DNA of 64,000 bases from Candidatus Acidiferrales bacterium (GTDB taxonomy: Bacteria; Chloroflexota; Dormibacteria; Aeolococcales; Bog-877), in contig DATLTJ010000107.1 in the NCBI GenBank assembly GCA_035533655.1, positions 72-64,071 of the forward strand. The letters run 5' to 3'. Made by a program: the position numbers and the translations under genes. The notes beneath the pieces are model-generated. The model was not told where the DNA came from, did not search any database, and saw only the letters and a program-made list of their open reading frames with translations. Position 1 is the first letter of the stretch, and each line of letters opens with the position of its first letter. Of the stretch, positions 25,501 through 34,429 are shown piece after piece.

Positions 25501-28500
25501 GGGTTAGTCGCCTGCACCTCCAGGGCTTCAAAAGCTTCTCGGGACGAGCCGAGTTGGAGTTGGGCCCGGGGATCACCGCCATCGTGGGGCCCAATGGAAG
25601 TGGCAAGTCCAATCTGGTCGACGCCATCCGACTGGTGTTGGGAGAGACCAGTGCCCGCGAGCTGAGGGGACAGCGGCTGGACCAGGTGATCTTCGCCGGG
25701 GGAGCCAACCGAGCTCCGGTCGGGATGGCCGAGGTGAGCTTGGTCTTCGACAATGAGGACGGGCGCCTGCCGGTCGATGACGTCGAGGTCGCCATCAGCC
25801 GCCGAGTCTTCCGGGATGGCACCAGCGAGTTCCGGCGCAATGGCCAGCGGGTCCGGCTGCGGGACCTCGGCCGACTCCTGGACGCCACCGGGCTGGCCCA
25901 GGCTGGCTATGCGGTGATCGCCCAGAACGATATCGAGTCGATCATTCGCGCTTCGCCGGCCCAGCGCCGGCACCTGATCGAGGAGGCCGCCGGGGTGCGA
26001 GGCGCGCAGGCCCTGATCGATGATTCCAGTTCGCGGCTGCGCTCGCTGACGGAGTGGCTCGACGGCTCGATCGGCCGGCTGGCGGAGCTGCTACCGCGGA
26101 TCGAGTCACTCCGGGAGGAAACTGTCGCCGCTGAGGAGGCCGCCCAGCTCCGGGGTCGGCTGCGGGAGCTCCGGGGCAGCTTGGAGCGGGGCGCCTGGCT
26201 GGCGGCTCTGGCCGAGTTGCGCAAGCTGGAGCGCCAGTTCCAGGCGGGCGAGCGCCGGGTGGCGCAATTGCGGGAGCGGGCCCGGCAATTCCAGGCCACC
26301 TACCTGGTGCAGCGAGAGCAGCTGCAGGCAATCGAGGAGGGCCGACTGGAGTCGGAGCGTCACGCGGGCGCCTTGGCTCTGGCGGCACAGCAGTCGGCGG
26401 CCCAGGTGGAGCGCTGGCAGGAGCGCTCGGTCCAGGCGGCTGAGTCCCGCGCCGCGGCCGCCCAGGCTCTGGCCGAGGCTCGGGACGACCTCCAGTCACT
26501 GCCGGGTTCCGGGCCTGGTCTGGCGGGGGAACCCAGCGCGCTGGAGCAGGGACGGACAGCCATCTCCCAAGTCGAGCAGGAGCTGACTGGCCTGCGGCAG
26601 GCGCGCGCCCTGCGCCAGGCCGAGTTGGTCTCGGCCCAGGCCCGTGACCAGGAGGTGGAGCGGAAGGTCGCTTCTGCCCGCCGCCGGCGCGCCGAGCTGG
26701 AGGCGCGCCTGGCGGGGGCCGAGGCCTGGCGGAACCAGGCCCTGGCCGCCCGGACCGCGGCCGAGGCGATGCGGGTGACGGCGGTCAGTGAACTCCAAGC
26801 GGTCGGCGACGCGGCCAAGGCGCTCCACCAGACGGCGGTCAAGGAGGCGGTTGGCCTCGAGCGGGCCCAGAAGGCGGAAGCGGTCCGACTTCAGCTGGTG
26901 CAGCGCGCCGAGGAGGGGCTCTCCCGGGCGACGGTGTCGCTCCGGGAGGCTGAGGCCAGGTTGGGGGCCCAGGTGGCCGCCATCGAAGCCAGGACCCAGG
27001 CCGCTCCGATCGCGGGAGCGGCCGCCAAAGGGGGAGCGCGAGTTCGCCCGCTGGCCGAGGGCGTCCGGGCAACTCAGGCCGCGGATGCTCAGGCGGTCGA
27101 GGCTGGCCTCGGGATCTTCCAGCTGGCGCTGGTGGGGGAGGAGACTGCGGCTCGCCGAGCTCTGGGACTGGCGGGAGACCTGGCTGAAATCATCTGCTGG
27201 CCGGTCGGGGAGGAGCCGGTGGTGTCCAATCCCCCCGAGGGCTGTCGACCCCTGGCGACCACCCTGGTCGGCGACCCAGGAACGCTCTTGGTGGTCGCCC
27301 GGGTCTCCCGCTTGGTGTGTCTGGCCCAGGACCGTCAGGCCGCGGCTCGGTGGCTGGCCCGCCTTCCTGACGGTCGGGCTGTGCTCGCCGATGGCACAGT
27401 GCTGGGAACCGGGCTAGAGATCACCCCCGCCCGCGCCGAGGGCGAGCTTCGCCTGGTCGAGCAGATGCGCGACGCCGAGCGCACCGTGCAGCGCCAGCGG
27501 GCCGAGTTCGCCCGGGCCCGGGAGGCTCTGGAGCGAGCCCGCGAGGCGCATAACCAGCAGCGGGAGCTGGTGGATCGGATGCGCCAGGCGGCGACCGTCG
27601 CCCAAGCGGCCGCCAATGCTCGCCAGGCGGAGGTTGACCGGCTGCTGGGCGAGTCCTCTCGGTCCGACCAGACGATTGTCGGCCTGCAGCGGGAGCTGGA
27701 GCGCCGCGAGCAGCAGAGCGCCGCCGACCGCGCCGCCCTGACCACCCTGGAGATCGAATTGGACCGCGAGGAGCGGGCGCTGGCCGGGACCAGCGCCGCG
27801 GTCGAGAGCTGCCGGGCGGAGGTCGCCAGCGCCGAGGAGCTGATGCTGGAGGTGGGGCAGCGCTTGGAGGAGGCCCGGCTGACCATTGCCGGGGTCGAGG
27901 CCGAGGCTCGCAGCTGGGCTCGGCGGAGCGAGGAGCTGACCCGGCGGCGGGAGCAGCTGCTGGCTCGCGATCGCAGCGCTAGGGAGAGGATCCAGGCCGC
28001 CGAGCGGAGCGCTCTGGAGGCCCTGCAGCAGCTCCAGTTGGCCCGCCACCAGGCGACGGCCGCCAAGACGCAGTTCGAGCTCTCCGCCGAGCAGCGAGCC
28101 CAGGCCCAGGCCACTTCCCCGGACCCCCTGCAGGGCCTGGGTGAACTGGAGCGCCAGCGGGCCGACCTGGAGGCGGCCGTGCACTCGGCGGCGGCCCAGC
28201 TGGAGGCGTGGCGGCGCGACGTGGCAGGGCAGACCCACCAGGTGGAGCGGTTGCAGGCGGCGGTGACGGAGAGGCCCGAGCCGGCTGTCGAGGCCGGGGA
28301 ATCAGCTCCTCCGGACGACCCGGCCAAGGCGGCGGCGGAGATCTCCAAGTCCGAGCGCCGGCTGAGCGCCCTGGGGCCGATCAACGAGCTGGCGCCCCAG
28401 CAGCTCACCGAGATCCTGGAGCGGACCGAAGGCTTGAGGGCGGCCCACGACGACTGCCTCCAGGCGAAGGCGGAGCTGGAGGCGGTGCTGGTGCAGTTGC

Positions 28501-29027
28501 AGGCGGTCAGTGGTGGGCGTTTCCAGCGGACCCTCTTGGAGGTGACCCGCGAGTTCGAGTCGGTGTGGGTGGAGCTCTTCGGCGGGGGGAAGGCCACGCT
28601 GACCTCCACCCCCGGAGTGGATGGTGCCCCGGGCGGGGTGGAGATGCGGGTCCAGCCTCAGGGCAAGCGGGTGCTCTCCATGCCGCTGCTCTCGGGGGGT
28701 GAGCGGGCCCTGACGGCGCTGGCCCTGGTACTGGCGCTGCAGAAGGTCTCGCCCAGCCCCTTCTACGTGTTCGATGAGGTCGACGCCGCCCTGGACGAGG
28801 CCAACATCACCCATTTCGCCGACCTGCTGCAAAGGCGGGCGGAGAGCAGCCAGTTCCTGGTGGTGACTCACAACCTGACCACCATGTCCCGGGCCTCCAT
28901 GCTCTACGGGGTAACCCAGGACGGCGGCGGGTCCAGCCGCATCCTCTCGGTGCGCCTCACCTCGGACGGCCAGTCGATCGAGGCGGAGGACGAGACGGTG
29001 CTGGAACCGGTGGGGACCGGTGGCTGA
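25497..29027 (+). CDS. smc: Chromosome partition protein Smc
   Basis: Walker A GPNGSGKSN, long coiled coils, a hinge, the signature LSGGERALTALAL and Walker B FYVFDEVDAALD. Confidence 0.93.
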   Translation: MRVSRLHLQGFKSFSGRAELELGPGITAIVGPNGSGKSNLVDAIRLVLGETSARELRGQRLDQVIFAGGANRAPVGMAEVSLVFDNEDGRLPVDDVEVAISRRVFRDGTSEFRRNGQRVRLRDLGRLLDATGLAQAGYAVIAQNDIESIIRASPAQRRHLIEEAAGVRGAQALIDDSSSRLRSLTEWLDGSIGRLAELLPRIESLREETVAAEEAAQLRGRLRELRGSLERGAWLAALAELRKLERQFQAGERRVAQLRERARQFQATYLVQREQLQAIEEGRLESERHAGALALAAQQSAAQVERWQERSVQAAESRAAAAQALAEARDDLQSLPGSGPGLAGEPSALEQGRTAISQVEQELTGLRQARALRQAELVSAQARDQEVERKVASARRRRAELEARLAGAEAWRNQALAARTAAEAMRVTAVSELQAVGDAAKALHQTAVKEAVGLERAQKAEAVRLQLVQRAEEGLSRATVSLREAEARLGAQVAAIEARTQAAPIAGAAAKGGARVRPLAEGVRATQAADAQAVEAGLGIFQLALVGEETAARRALGLAGDLAEIICWPVGEEPVVSNPPEGCRPLATTLVGDPGTLLVVARVSRLVCLAQDRQAAARWLARLPDGRAVLADGTVLGTGLEITPARAEGELRLVEQMRDAERTVQRQRAEFARAREALERAREAHNQQRELVDRMRQAATVAQAAANARQAEVDRLLGESSRSDQTIVGLQRELERREQQSAADRAALTTLEIELDREERALAGTSAAVESCRAEVASAEELMLEVGQRLEEARLTIAGVEAEARSWARRSEELTRRREQLLARDRSARERIQAAERSALEALQQLQLARHQATAAKTQFELSAEQRAQAQATSPDPLQGLGELERQRADLEAAVHSAAAQLEAWRRDVAGQTHQVERLQAAVTERPEPAVEAGESAPPDDPAKAAAEISKSERRLSALGPINELAPQQLTEILERTEGLRAAHDDCLQAKAELEAVLVQLQAVSGGRFQRTLLEVTREFESVWVELFGGGKATLTSTPGVDGAPGGVEMRVQPQGKRVLSMPLLSGGERALTALALVLALQKVSPSPFYVFDEVDAALDEANITHFADLLQRRAESSQFLVVTHNLTTMSRASMLYGVTQDGGGSSRILSVRLTSDGQSIEAEDETVLEPVGTGG

Positions 29028-29988
29028 GGTCAAAGCGCCCTGGCGTGGCCGCTGGTGGAAGCGGATCCCGGGCCGGCTCGACAAGGTCGGCAGCGGGCTC
29101 GGTCAGCAGCTGCGCACCAGGCTCAGCCTCGGTCGCGGCGCCGGCGACGAGCTGTACGAGGAGGTCTTTGAGCTGCTGCTGGCCAGCGACTGCGGAGTGC
29201 TCGTGGCCGAGGAGCTGGTGGCGGGGCTTCGGGAGCAGGCCGGTCGGCAGAAGCTGCGCGAAGCGGGACCATTGCTGGGGGCCCTCCGCGAGGAGATGGC
29301 CGGCCGGCTGGCGGGCGCCGAGCGCGAGCTGTCCTTGGTCGGGGAACCGGCCGTCTGGCTGGTGGCGGGGGTCAACGGGTCCGGCAAGACGACCACAGTC
29401 GCCAAGCTGGCGGCCCGTCTCCAGGGACAGGGGCTGACGCCCCTGATCGCGGCGGCCGACACCTTCCGGGCCGCCGCGATCGAGCAGCTGCGCGCCCTGG
29501 CGGCTCGGTCGGGGACCGAGGTAGTGGCCCATCAACTGGGTTCCGACCCGGCGGCGGTCGTGTTCGACGCCTTAGCGGCGGCCCGGGCCCGGGGTCGGGA
29601 GGTGGTGCTGGTGGACACTGCCGGGCGGCTGCACACCAAGCACAACCTGATGCAGGAGCTGGGCAAGATTCGCCGGGTGATCAGCTCCCAGCACCCCGGC
29701 CAGCCGATCGAGACGCTGCTGGTCCTGGATGCCTATGTCGGGGCCAACGCCCTGGCCCAGGCGCGGGCCTTCGGCGAAGTGGTCGGGGCCACCGGCCTGG
29801 TGCTGACCAAGCTGGACGGCAGCGCCCGGGGGGGATACGTGTTCCAGGTCGAGCGGGAGCTCGCGGTTCCCGTCAAGCTGGTCGGGGTGGGCGAGGGGGT
29901 GGACGACCTCGCCGACTTCGATCCCGCCGCCTACTTGGATGCGCTGCTGGCGGACGGGGGAGGACCGGGAACGGCGCCGGCCGACTGA
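29020..29988 (+). CDS. ftsY: Signal recognition particle receptor FtsY
   Basis: SRP GTPase motifs GVNGSGKTTT, DTAGR and TKLDG. GTG start overlaps the smc end. Confidence 0.92.
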   Translation: MAEVKAPWRGRWWKRIPGRLDKVGSGLGQQLRTRLSLGRGAGDELYEEVFELLLASDCGVLVAEELVAGLREQAGRQKLREAGPLLGALREEMAGRLAGAERELSLVGEPAVWLVAGVNGSGKTTTVAKLAARLQGQGLTPLIAAADTFRAAAIEQLRALAARSGTEVVAHQLGSDPAAVVFDALAAARARGREVVLVDTAGRLHTKHNLMQELGKIRRVISSQHPGQPIETLLVLDAYVGANALAQARAFGEVVGATGLVLTKLDGSARGGYVFQVERELAVPVKLVGVGEGVDDLADFDPAAYLDALLADGGGPGTAPAD

Positions 29989-30043
29989 GGCCGCCCGATC
30001 CCGGTTGAGCCGGGGTCACCGACCGGAGTAGGGTGTCAAGGCT

Positions 30044-30379
30044 TTGACCTTGACACTAACCGCGCTGGACCGGCTGGCCCGAGTCCGGCTCCTCGATGTC
30101 TACCGGGCAGTCCTCACCGAGCGCCAGCAGGAGGCGCTGCGGCTCCGCCTGGAGGAGGACTGGTCGCTCAGTGAATTGGCTCGCTCGCTGGGCACCTCCC
30201 GGGCCGCCGCCTACGATCTGGTGCGCCGGGGGGTGGAGCGGATGGAGTTGCTCGAGGAGCAGCTGGGGGCCTGCCGCCGGCTGGAGGCCGCCGATCGGGA
30301 GCTGACCCGGCTGCGCCAGCGGGTGAGTCGGCTGGAGCACCAAGTGCGGGCAAAGTCGGCGGCGGAGGTGGGTAGCTAG
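30044..30379 (+). CDS. ylxM: YlxM/UPF0122 putative DNA-binding protein (SRP-operon associated)
   Basis: LLDVYRAVLTERQQEALRLRLEEDWSLSELARSLGTSRAAAYDLVRRG is a sigma-70 region-4-like HTH. It sits in the conserved position before ffh. Confidence 0.85.
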   Translation: MTLTLTALDRLARVRLLDVYRAVLTERQQEALRLRLEEDWSLSELARSLGTSRAAAYDLVRRGVERMELLEEQLGACRRLEAADRELTRLRQRVSRLEHQVRAKSAAEVGS

Positions 30380-31747
30380 TTGTTCGATAATCTGACCGAC
30401 AAGCTGGCGATCGCCTTCAAACGCTTCACCGACAAGGGCAAGCTGACCCCTGCCGATGTCGACGTCGGCCTGCGCGAGGTGCGCCTGGCCCTGCTGGAGG
30501 CGGACGTCAACTACAAGGTTGCCCGCGAGTTTGTCGACCGGGTGAGAGTGCGCGCGGTGGGCGCCGAGGTCCTGGAGAGCCTCACTCCTGGCCAGCAGGT
30601 GATCAAGGTCGTGTTCGAGGAGCTGGTGGCCCTGCTCGGCGGGGAGAACGCCCGGCTCACCTACCAGCCGGAGCCTCCGACCACGGTGATGCTGATGGGG
30701 CTGCAGGGCTCCGGGAAGACCACCACCGCGGTCAAGCTGGCGCTCCTGGTCCGCCAGGACGGCCATCGACCGATCCTGGTGGCGGCGGACCTCCAGCGGG
30801 CGGCAGCGGTCGAACAACTGCAGCTGCTGGCTCAGGAGCAGCAGCTCGAAGTGCTGGTGGCGGCCACCGACCGCGGGCTGGCCAAGGGAGTCAAAGAGGC
30901 GGTGGCGGAGGCTCGGCGACGCGGGGCCGACGTGATCGTCGTCGACACCGCCGGCCGCCAGCATCTCGACGAGCCGCTGATGGACGAGCTGAAAGCGGTC
31001 CGGAAGGCTACCTCGGTGCACCACGGTCTCCTGGTGGTGGACGCCATGACCGGCCAGGAGGCGGTCCGGGTGGCCAGAGCCTTCAAGGAGGCAGTCGGTG
31101 TGGATGGGGTGGTGCTGACCAAGCTCGACGGCGATGCCCGGGGCGGAGCCGCCCTCTCGATGCGGGCCGCGATCGGGCTGGAGGTCTGGTACTGCGGGGT
31201 GGGCGAGCGGGCGCGGGACCTGGAGGCCTTCCACCCGGAGCGAATGGCTCGGCGGATCCTGGGCATGGGCGACGTCCTGACCCTGGTCGAGCGGGCCAGC
31301 CAGGAGGTGAGCCAAGAGGACGCGAAGCGGGTCGAGGAGCGGATTCGCGAAGGCCGGCTCAGCCTGGACGACTTCATCGTCCAGATGCGCCAGATCAGGC
31401 GCCTCGGTCCCCTGGACTCGATCCTGGGGATGATGCCGGGGGGGCGCGAGTTGATGAAGCAGCAGGGCGGCAACCTGCCCGACGAAGCCCAGCTGGGTCG
31501 AATCGAGGCAATCGTGCTGTCGATGACGGTCCGGGAGCGCCGCCGGCCTTCCATCATCGACGCGTCGCGGCGGCGGCGGATCGCGGCGGGCAGCGGCACC
31601 ACCCCGGTCGAGGTTTCACGGCTGATCAAGAGCTTTGAACGAATGCAGGAGATGATGCGCGGCTTCTCCGGGGTAGGCGGCAAGCGGCGTCTGGCCGCTG
31701 ATCTGATCAAGGGGGCACCGGGCGGCGGGGCGCCCGGGCGCCGCTAA
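30380..31747 (+). CDS. ffh: Signal recognition particle protein Ffh
   Basis: [10 protein letters not shown]-terminus, [25 protein letters not shown] and a Met-rich M domain. TTG start directly follows the ylxM stop. Confidence 0.93.
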   Translation: MFDNLTDKLAIAFKRFTDKGKLTPADVDVGLREVRLALLEADVNYKVAREFVDRVRVRAVGAEVLESLTPGQQVIKVVFEELVALLGGENARLTYQPEPPTTVMLMGLQGSGKTTTAVKLALLVRQDGHRPILVAADLQRAAAVEQLQLLAQEQQLEVLVAATDRGLAKGVKEAVAEARRRGADVIVVDTAGRQHLDEPLMDELKAVRKATSVHHGLLVVDAMTGQEAVRVARAFKEAVGVDGVVLTKLDGDARGGAALSMRAAIGLEVWYCGVGERARDLEAFHPERMARRILGMGDVLTLVERASQEVSQEDAKRVEERIREGRLSLDDFIVQMRQIRRLGPLDSILGMMPGGRELMKQQGGNLPDEAQLGRIEAIVLSMTVRERRRPSIIDASRRRRIAAGSGTTPVEVSRLIKSFERMQEMMRGFSGVGGKRRLAADLIKGAPGGGAPGRR

Positions 31748-31805
31748 GCAACCCGAGGCAGACCAGGACGGCTCGCAATTTGACCATAAAAGAAGGGGAT
31801 TTTTA

Positions 31806-32402
31806 GTGGCAGTAAAGATTCGACTCAAGCGCATGGGCGCCAAAAAGCGGCCTTTCTACCGGGTGGTCGTGGCCGACGCGCGCTCGCCCCGCGACGGCCG
31901 CTTCATCGAGTCGGTGGGGTACTACGATCCGCTCAAAAACCCGAAGGTTTTCCAGGTGGACGATGAGCGGATCCGGCACTGGATGGCCACCGGTGCTCGG
32001 CCCTCGGATGCGGTCCGGGAGCTGCTCGAGCGCCAGGGAACACTGCCCGCCACCGCACATCCGGTGCGGACCAAGACCGGCCCCAAGCGGGCTCCCAAGC
32101 CAAGTCGGGGACCAGCTGCCACCGCCCCCCCGGTCGCGCCAGTGGCTGACCCCGAGGTAGCCGGGGAAGCCGAGGAGACTCCGGCGGCCACCGAGCCAGC
32201 GGCGGAAGTCGCCGCGGACGCTCCCGTCGCCACCCAGGGCGGGGAGGAGGCCACCGAGGTCGAGCCCGCCGAAGTGAGCGAAGAGGCCAGTCGAGCGGCC
32301 GAGGAGGCAGCTCCGGAAGAGGCAGCTCCGGAAAAGGCGCCAGCAGCGGCGGCGGCTGACGATGAGTCGGCGGCGGTCGATGAAGCGCCCAGCGAGGGCT
32401 GA
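31806..32402 (+). CDS. rpsP: 30S ribosomal protein S16 with extended C-terminal tail
   Basis: [41 protein letters not shown] core (~85 aa) followed by >100 aa of Ala/Glu/Pro-rich tail. GTG start. Confidence 0.9.
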   Translation: MAVKIRLKRMGAKKRPFYRVVVADARSPRDGRFIESVGYYDPLKNPKVFQVDDERIRHWMATGARPSDAVRELLERQGTLPATAHPVRTKTGPKRAPKPSRGPAATAPPVAPVADPEVAGEAEETPAATEPAAEVAADAPVATQGGEEATEVEPAEVSEEASRAAEEAAPEEAAPEKAPAAAAADDESAAVDEAPSEG

Positions 32403-32406
32403 GGCC

Positions 32407-32646
32407 GTGCCGGATTACGGCGAGCTGGTGCGCTACATGGTCCAGCAGATGGTCAGCCAGCCCGACGCCGTGGAGGTGGGGGTGGAGCAGGAGGGCCAGC
32501 GGGTGACGGTCCGGATCAAGACCGCCCCCGAGGATCTGGGCAAGCTGATCGGCCGCGCGGGACGCCACATCGAGGCGGTCCGCATGGTAGTCCGGGCGGC
32601 CTCCCTGCGTCCGCGCGACCGGGTGTACGTCGAGGTGCGCGATTGA
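32407..32646 (+). CDS. KH domain RNA-binding protein (YlqC/UPF0109)
   Basis: LVRYMVQQMVSQPDAVEV...GKLIGRAGRHIEAVRMVV. GTG 32407 gives the usual ~79-aa size. The track start 32362 overlaps rpsP. Confidence 0.85.
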   Translation: MPDYGELVRYMVQQMVSQPDAVEVGVEQEGQRVTVRIKTAPEDLGKLIGRAGRHIEAVRMVVRAASLRPRDRVYVEVRD

Positions 32647-33158
32647 GCGAGTTGCCGGAGTGGGTCCGCGTGGCGCGGGTGCTGCGGCCGCACGGGTTGG
32701 CCGGGGAGCTCACCGTGGAGCTGCTCGGCGGCGAGCGCGGCCGCTTGCTGCCTGGAACGACGCTGCGCGGACCCGCCGGTGAGCTGGTGGTGGAGTCGGT
32801 CCGGGGCGATGGCAGCCAGCTGCTCTGCCGCTTCGCCGGCGTCAGCGACCGGGAGACCGCCGCGACTCTCAGTGGAGGCTACCTGGAGGTGGCGGCGGCC
32901 GAGCTGCGCTCGCTGCCGCCCGGGGAGTTCTTCCATTTCCAGCTGGTCGGACTGGAGGTCGAGGATCAATCGGGAAGGAGCCGCGGTCAGCTGGTGGACG
33001 TCGAGGCCTACCCGGCTCACGACGTCTATGTGGTCCGCACCGCAAGTGCCGAGCTGCGGGTTCCGGCGGTGAAGGAGGCGGTGCTGGGAATCGATCTGGA
33101 CCGGCACCGGATCACGGTAGCCGAGCCCTACTTGGAGGCCTGGGTCGATGCGGTTTGA
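32643..33158 (+). CDS. rimM: 16S rRNA processing protein RimM
   Basis: V.VARV.RPHGL.GEL N-terminus and a PRC barrel (GEFFHFQLVGLEV). It sits in the conserved position. Confidence 0.9.
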   Translation: MSELPEWVRVARVLRPHGLAGELTVELLGGERGRLLPGTTLRGPAGELVVESVRGDGSQLLCRFAGVSDRETAATLSGGYLEVAAAELRSLPPGEFFHFQLVGLEVEDQSGRSRGQLVDVEAYPAHDVYVVRTASAELRVPAVKEAVLGIDLDRHRITVAEPYLEAWVDAV

Positions 33159-33924
33159 CGTCATCACCCTCTTCCCGGCGGTCTTCCCGGGCCCCTTGGC
33201 GGCCGGGGTCGTGGGCCGCGCCCTGGAGCAGGGGCTGATCGAGATCGAAGCCCATGACCTGCGCCAGTGGGGCCTGGGGGTGCACCGTCAGGTGGACGAC
33301 ATCCCCTACGGCGGCGGGCCCGGGATGGTGCTTCGTCCCGAGCCGCTCTTTGAGGCCGTCCGGGTCATCCGGGATGCGGTCGGGCCGCCTCCGCCCCGGG
33401 GCATCCTGCTCTCCGCGCACGGGCGAAAGCTCAGCACGGAGCTGGTCGAGCAGCTAGCGCAAGAGCAGCGGCTTCTCTTGATCTGCGGCCGCTACGAGGG
33501 AGTGGACGAGCGGGTACGCTCGGGGCTCGAGCTGGATGAGATCTCGGTCGGCGACTTCGTGGTGAGTGGGGGGGAGCTGCCGGCCATGATGCTGATCGAA
33601 GCGGTGGCGCGCCGGCTGCCCGGGACCCTGGGGGACCCGGAGTCCGCCGTGGACGAGAGCTTCAGTGAGGGTCTCCCCGAGTACCCCCACTACACTCGGC
33701 CGGCGGTGTTTGCAGGAATGGCGGTGCCCGAGGTGCTCCGCAGCGGTGATCACGCGAAGATCGCCGGCTGGCGGGCCGCAGCGGCTATCGAGCGGGCCCG
33801 CCGGTTGCGGCCCGACCTCTTGGCCGGCGCCCGACTAAAGCGGGCGGCCAGGCAGGCCGCCGGAGATGAAAAACGGGGCTCGGACGCGGCAGCGGCCGGC
33901 ATCCCCCTGGGAGGTGCGGAATGA
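33148..33924 (+). CDS. trmD: tRNA (guanine37-N1)-methyltransferase TrmD
   Basis: [33 protein letters not shown] and GGELPAM motifs. Confidence 0.93.
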   Translation: MRFDVITLFPAVFPGPLAAGVVGRALEQGLIEIEAHDLRQWGLGVHRQVDDIPYGGGPGMVLRPEPLFEAVRVIRDAVGPPPPRGILLSAHGRKLSTELVEQLAQEQRLLLICGRYEGVDERVRSGLELDEISVGDFVVSGGELPAMMLIEAVARRLPGTLGDPESAVDESFSEGLPEYPHYTRPAVFAGMAVPEVLRSGDHAKIAGWRAAAAIERARRLRPDLLAGARLKRAARQAAGDEKRGSDAAAAGIPLGGAE

Positions 33925-34385
33925 ACATCATCGATCTGCTCGAGGAAGAGCAGCTTCGCGACGACGTCCCGGAGCTCAGTCCGGGGGACACGGTCCGGGT
34001 CCACGTCAAGGTGGTCGAGGGCACCAGGGAGCGAATCCAGATCTTCGAGGGGGTAGTCATCGCCCTGCAGAAGGGCGGAACCCAGCGCTCGATGACGGTC
34101 CGGCGCACCGCCCACGGGGTGGGCGTGGAGCGGACTTTTCCGGTCCACTCCCCGCGCCTTGCCCAGATCGAGGTGATCCGTCACGGCCGGGTCCGCCGGG
34201 CCAAGCTCTACTACCTCCGCGACAAGGTTGGCAAGCGCGCCAAGATCCGCGAGCGGCGGGAGTCGGTCAGCAAGACCGCGGCTCTCTCAGAGGCGGCGGA
34301 GGTCGCTCCGGAGGGTGAGGTTTCGGAGCCGGTCGAAGCGGCTCCCAAGCGGCGGCTCTCCCGTGGTCGGGCCAAGGCTGACTGA
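33921..34385 (+). CDS. rplS: 50S ribosomal protein L19 (with ~40-aa C-terminal tail)
   Basis: [28 protein letters not shown]...RRAKLYYLR core. ATGA overlap with trmD. Confidence 0.92.
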   Translation: MNIIDLLEEEQLRDDVPELSPGDTVRVHVKVVEGTRERIQIFEGVVIALQKGGTQRSMTVRRTAHGVGVERTFPVHSPRLAQIEVIRHGRVRRAKLYYLRDKVGKRAKIRERRESVSKTAALSEAAEVAPEGEVSEPVEAAPKRRLSRGRAKAD

Positions 34386-34429
34386 GGTGGTGGGGTTGTG
34401 CCCCACTCGCAACGCCTAAACTGGACTTC

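Noticed and set aside
27335-28609. 424-aa and 274-aa minus-strand ORFs antisense to smc.
   Set aside because: They are the mirror image of the Ala/Glu/Arg/Leu coiled-coil codons of smc (GCC/GAG/CGC/CTG read backwards). There is no independent coding evidence.
25497-29027. Repetitive-looking GAGCTGG/GCGGCC-rich stretches in smc as tandem repeats or a CRISPR-like array.
   Set aside because: There are no exact direct repeats with unique spacers. The periodicity comes from coiled-coil heptads encoded by a restricted G+C-rich codon set.
30056-31315. 419-aa minus-strand ORF antisense to ylxM/ffh. Similar antisense ORFs occur at 7676..8752, 37878..38915, 54895..56043 and 59374..60351.
   Set aside because: All lie opposite strongly supported genes and have low-complexity, His/Arg/Pro/Gly-rich translations. 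They are treated as compositional artefacts.
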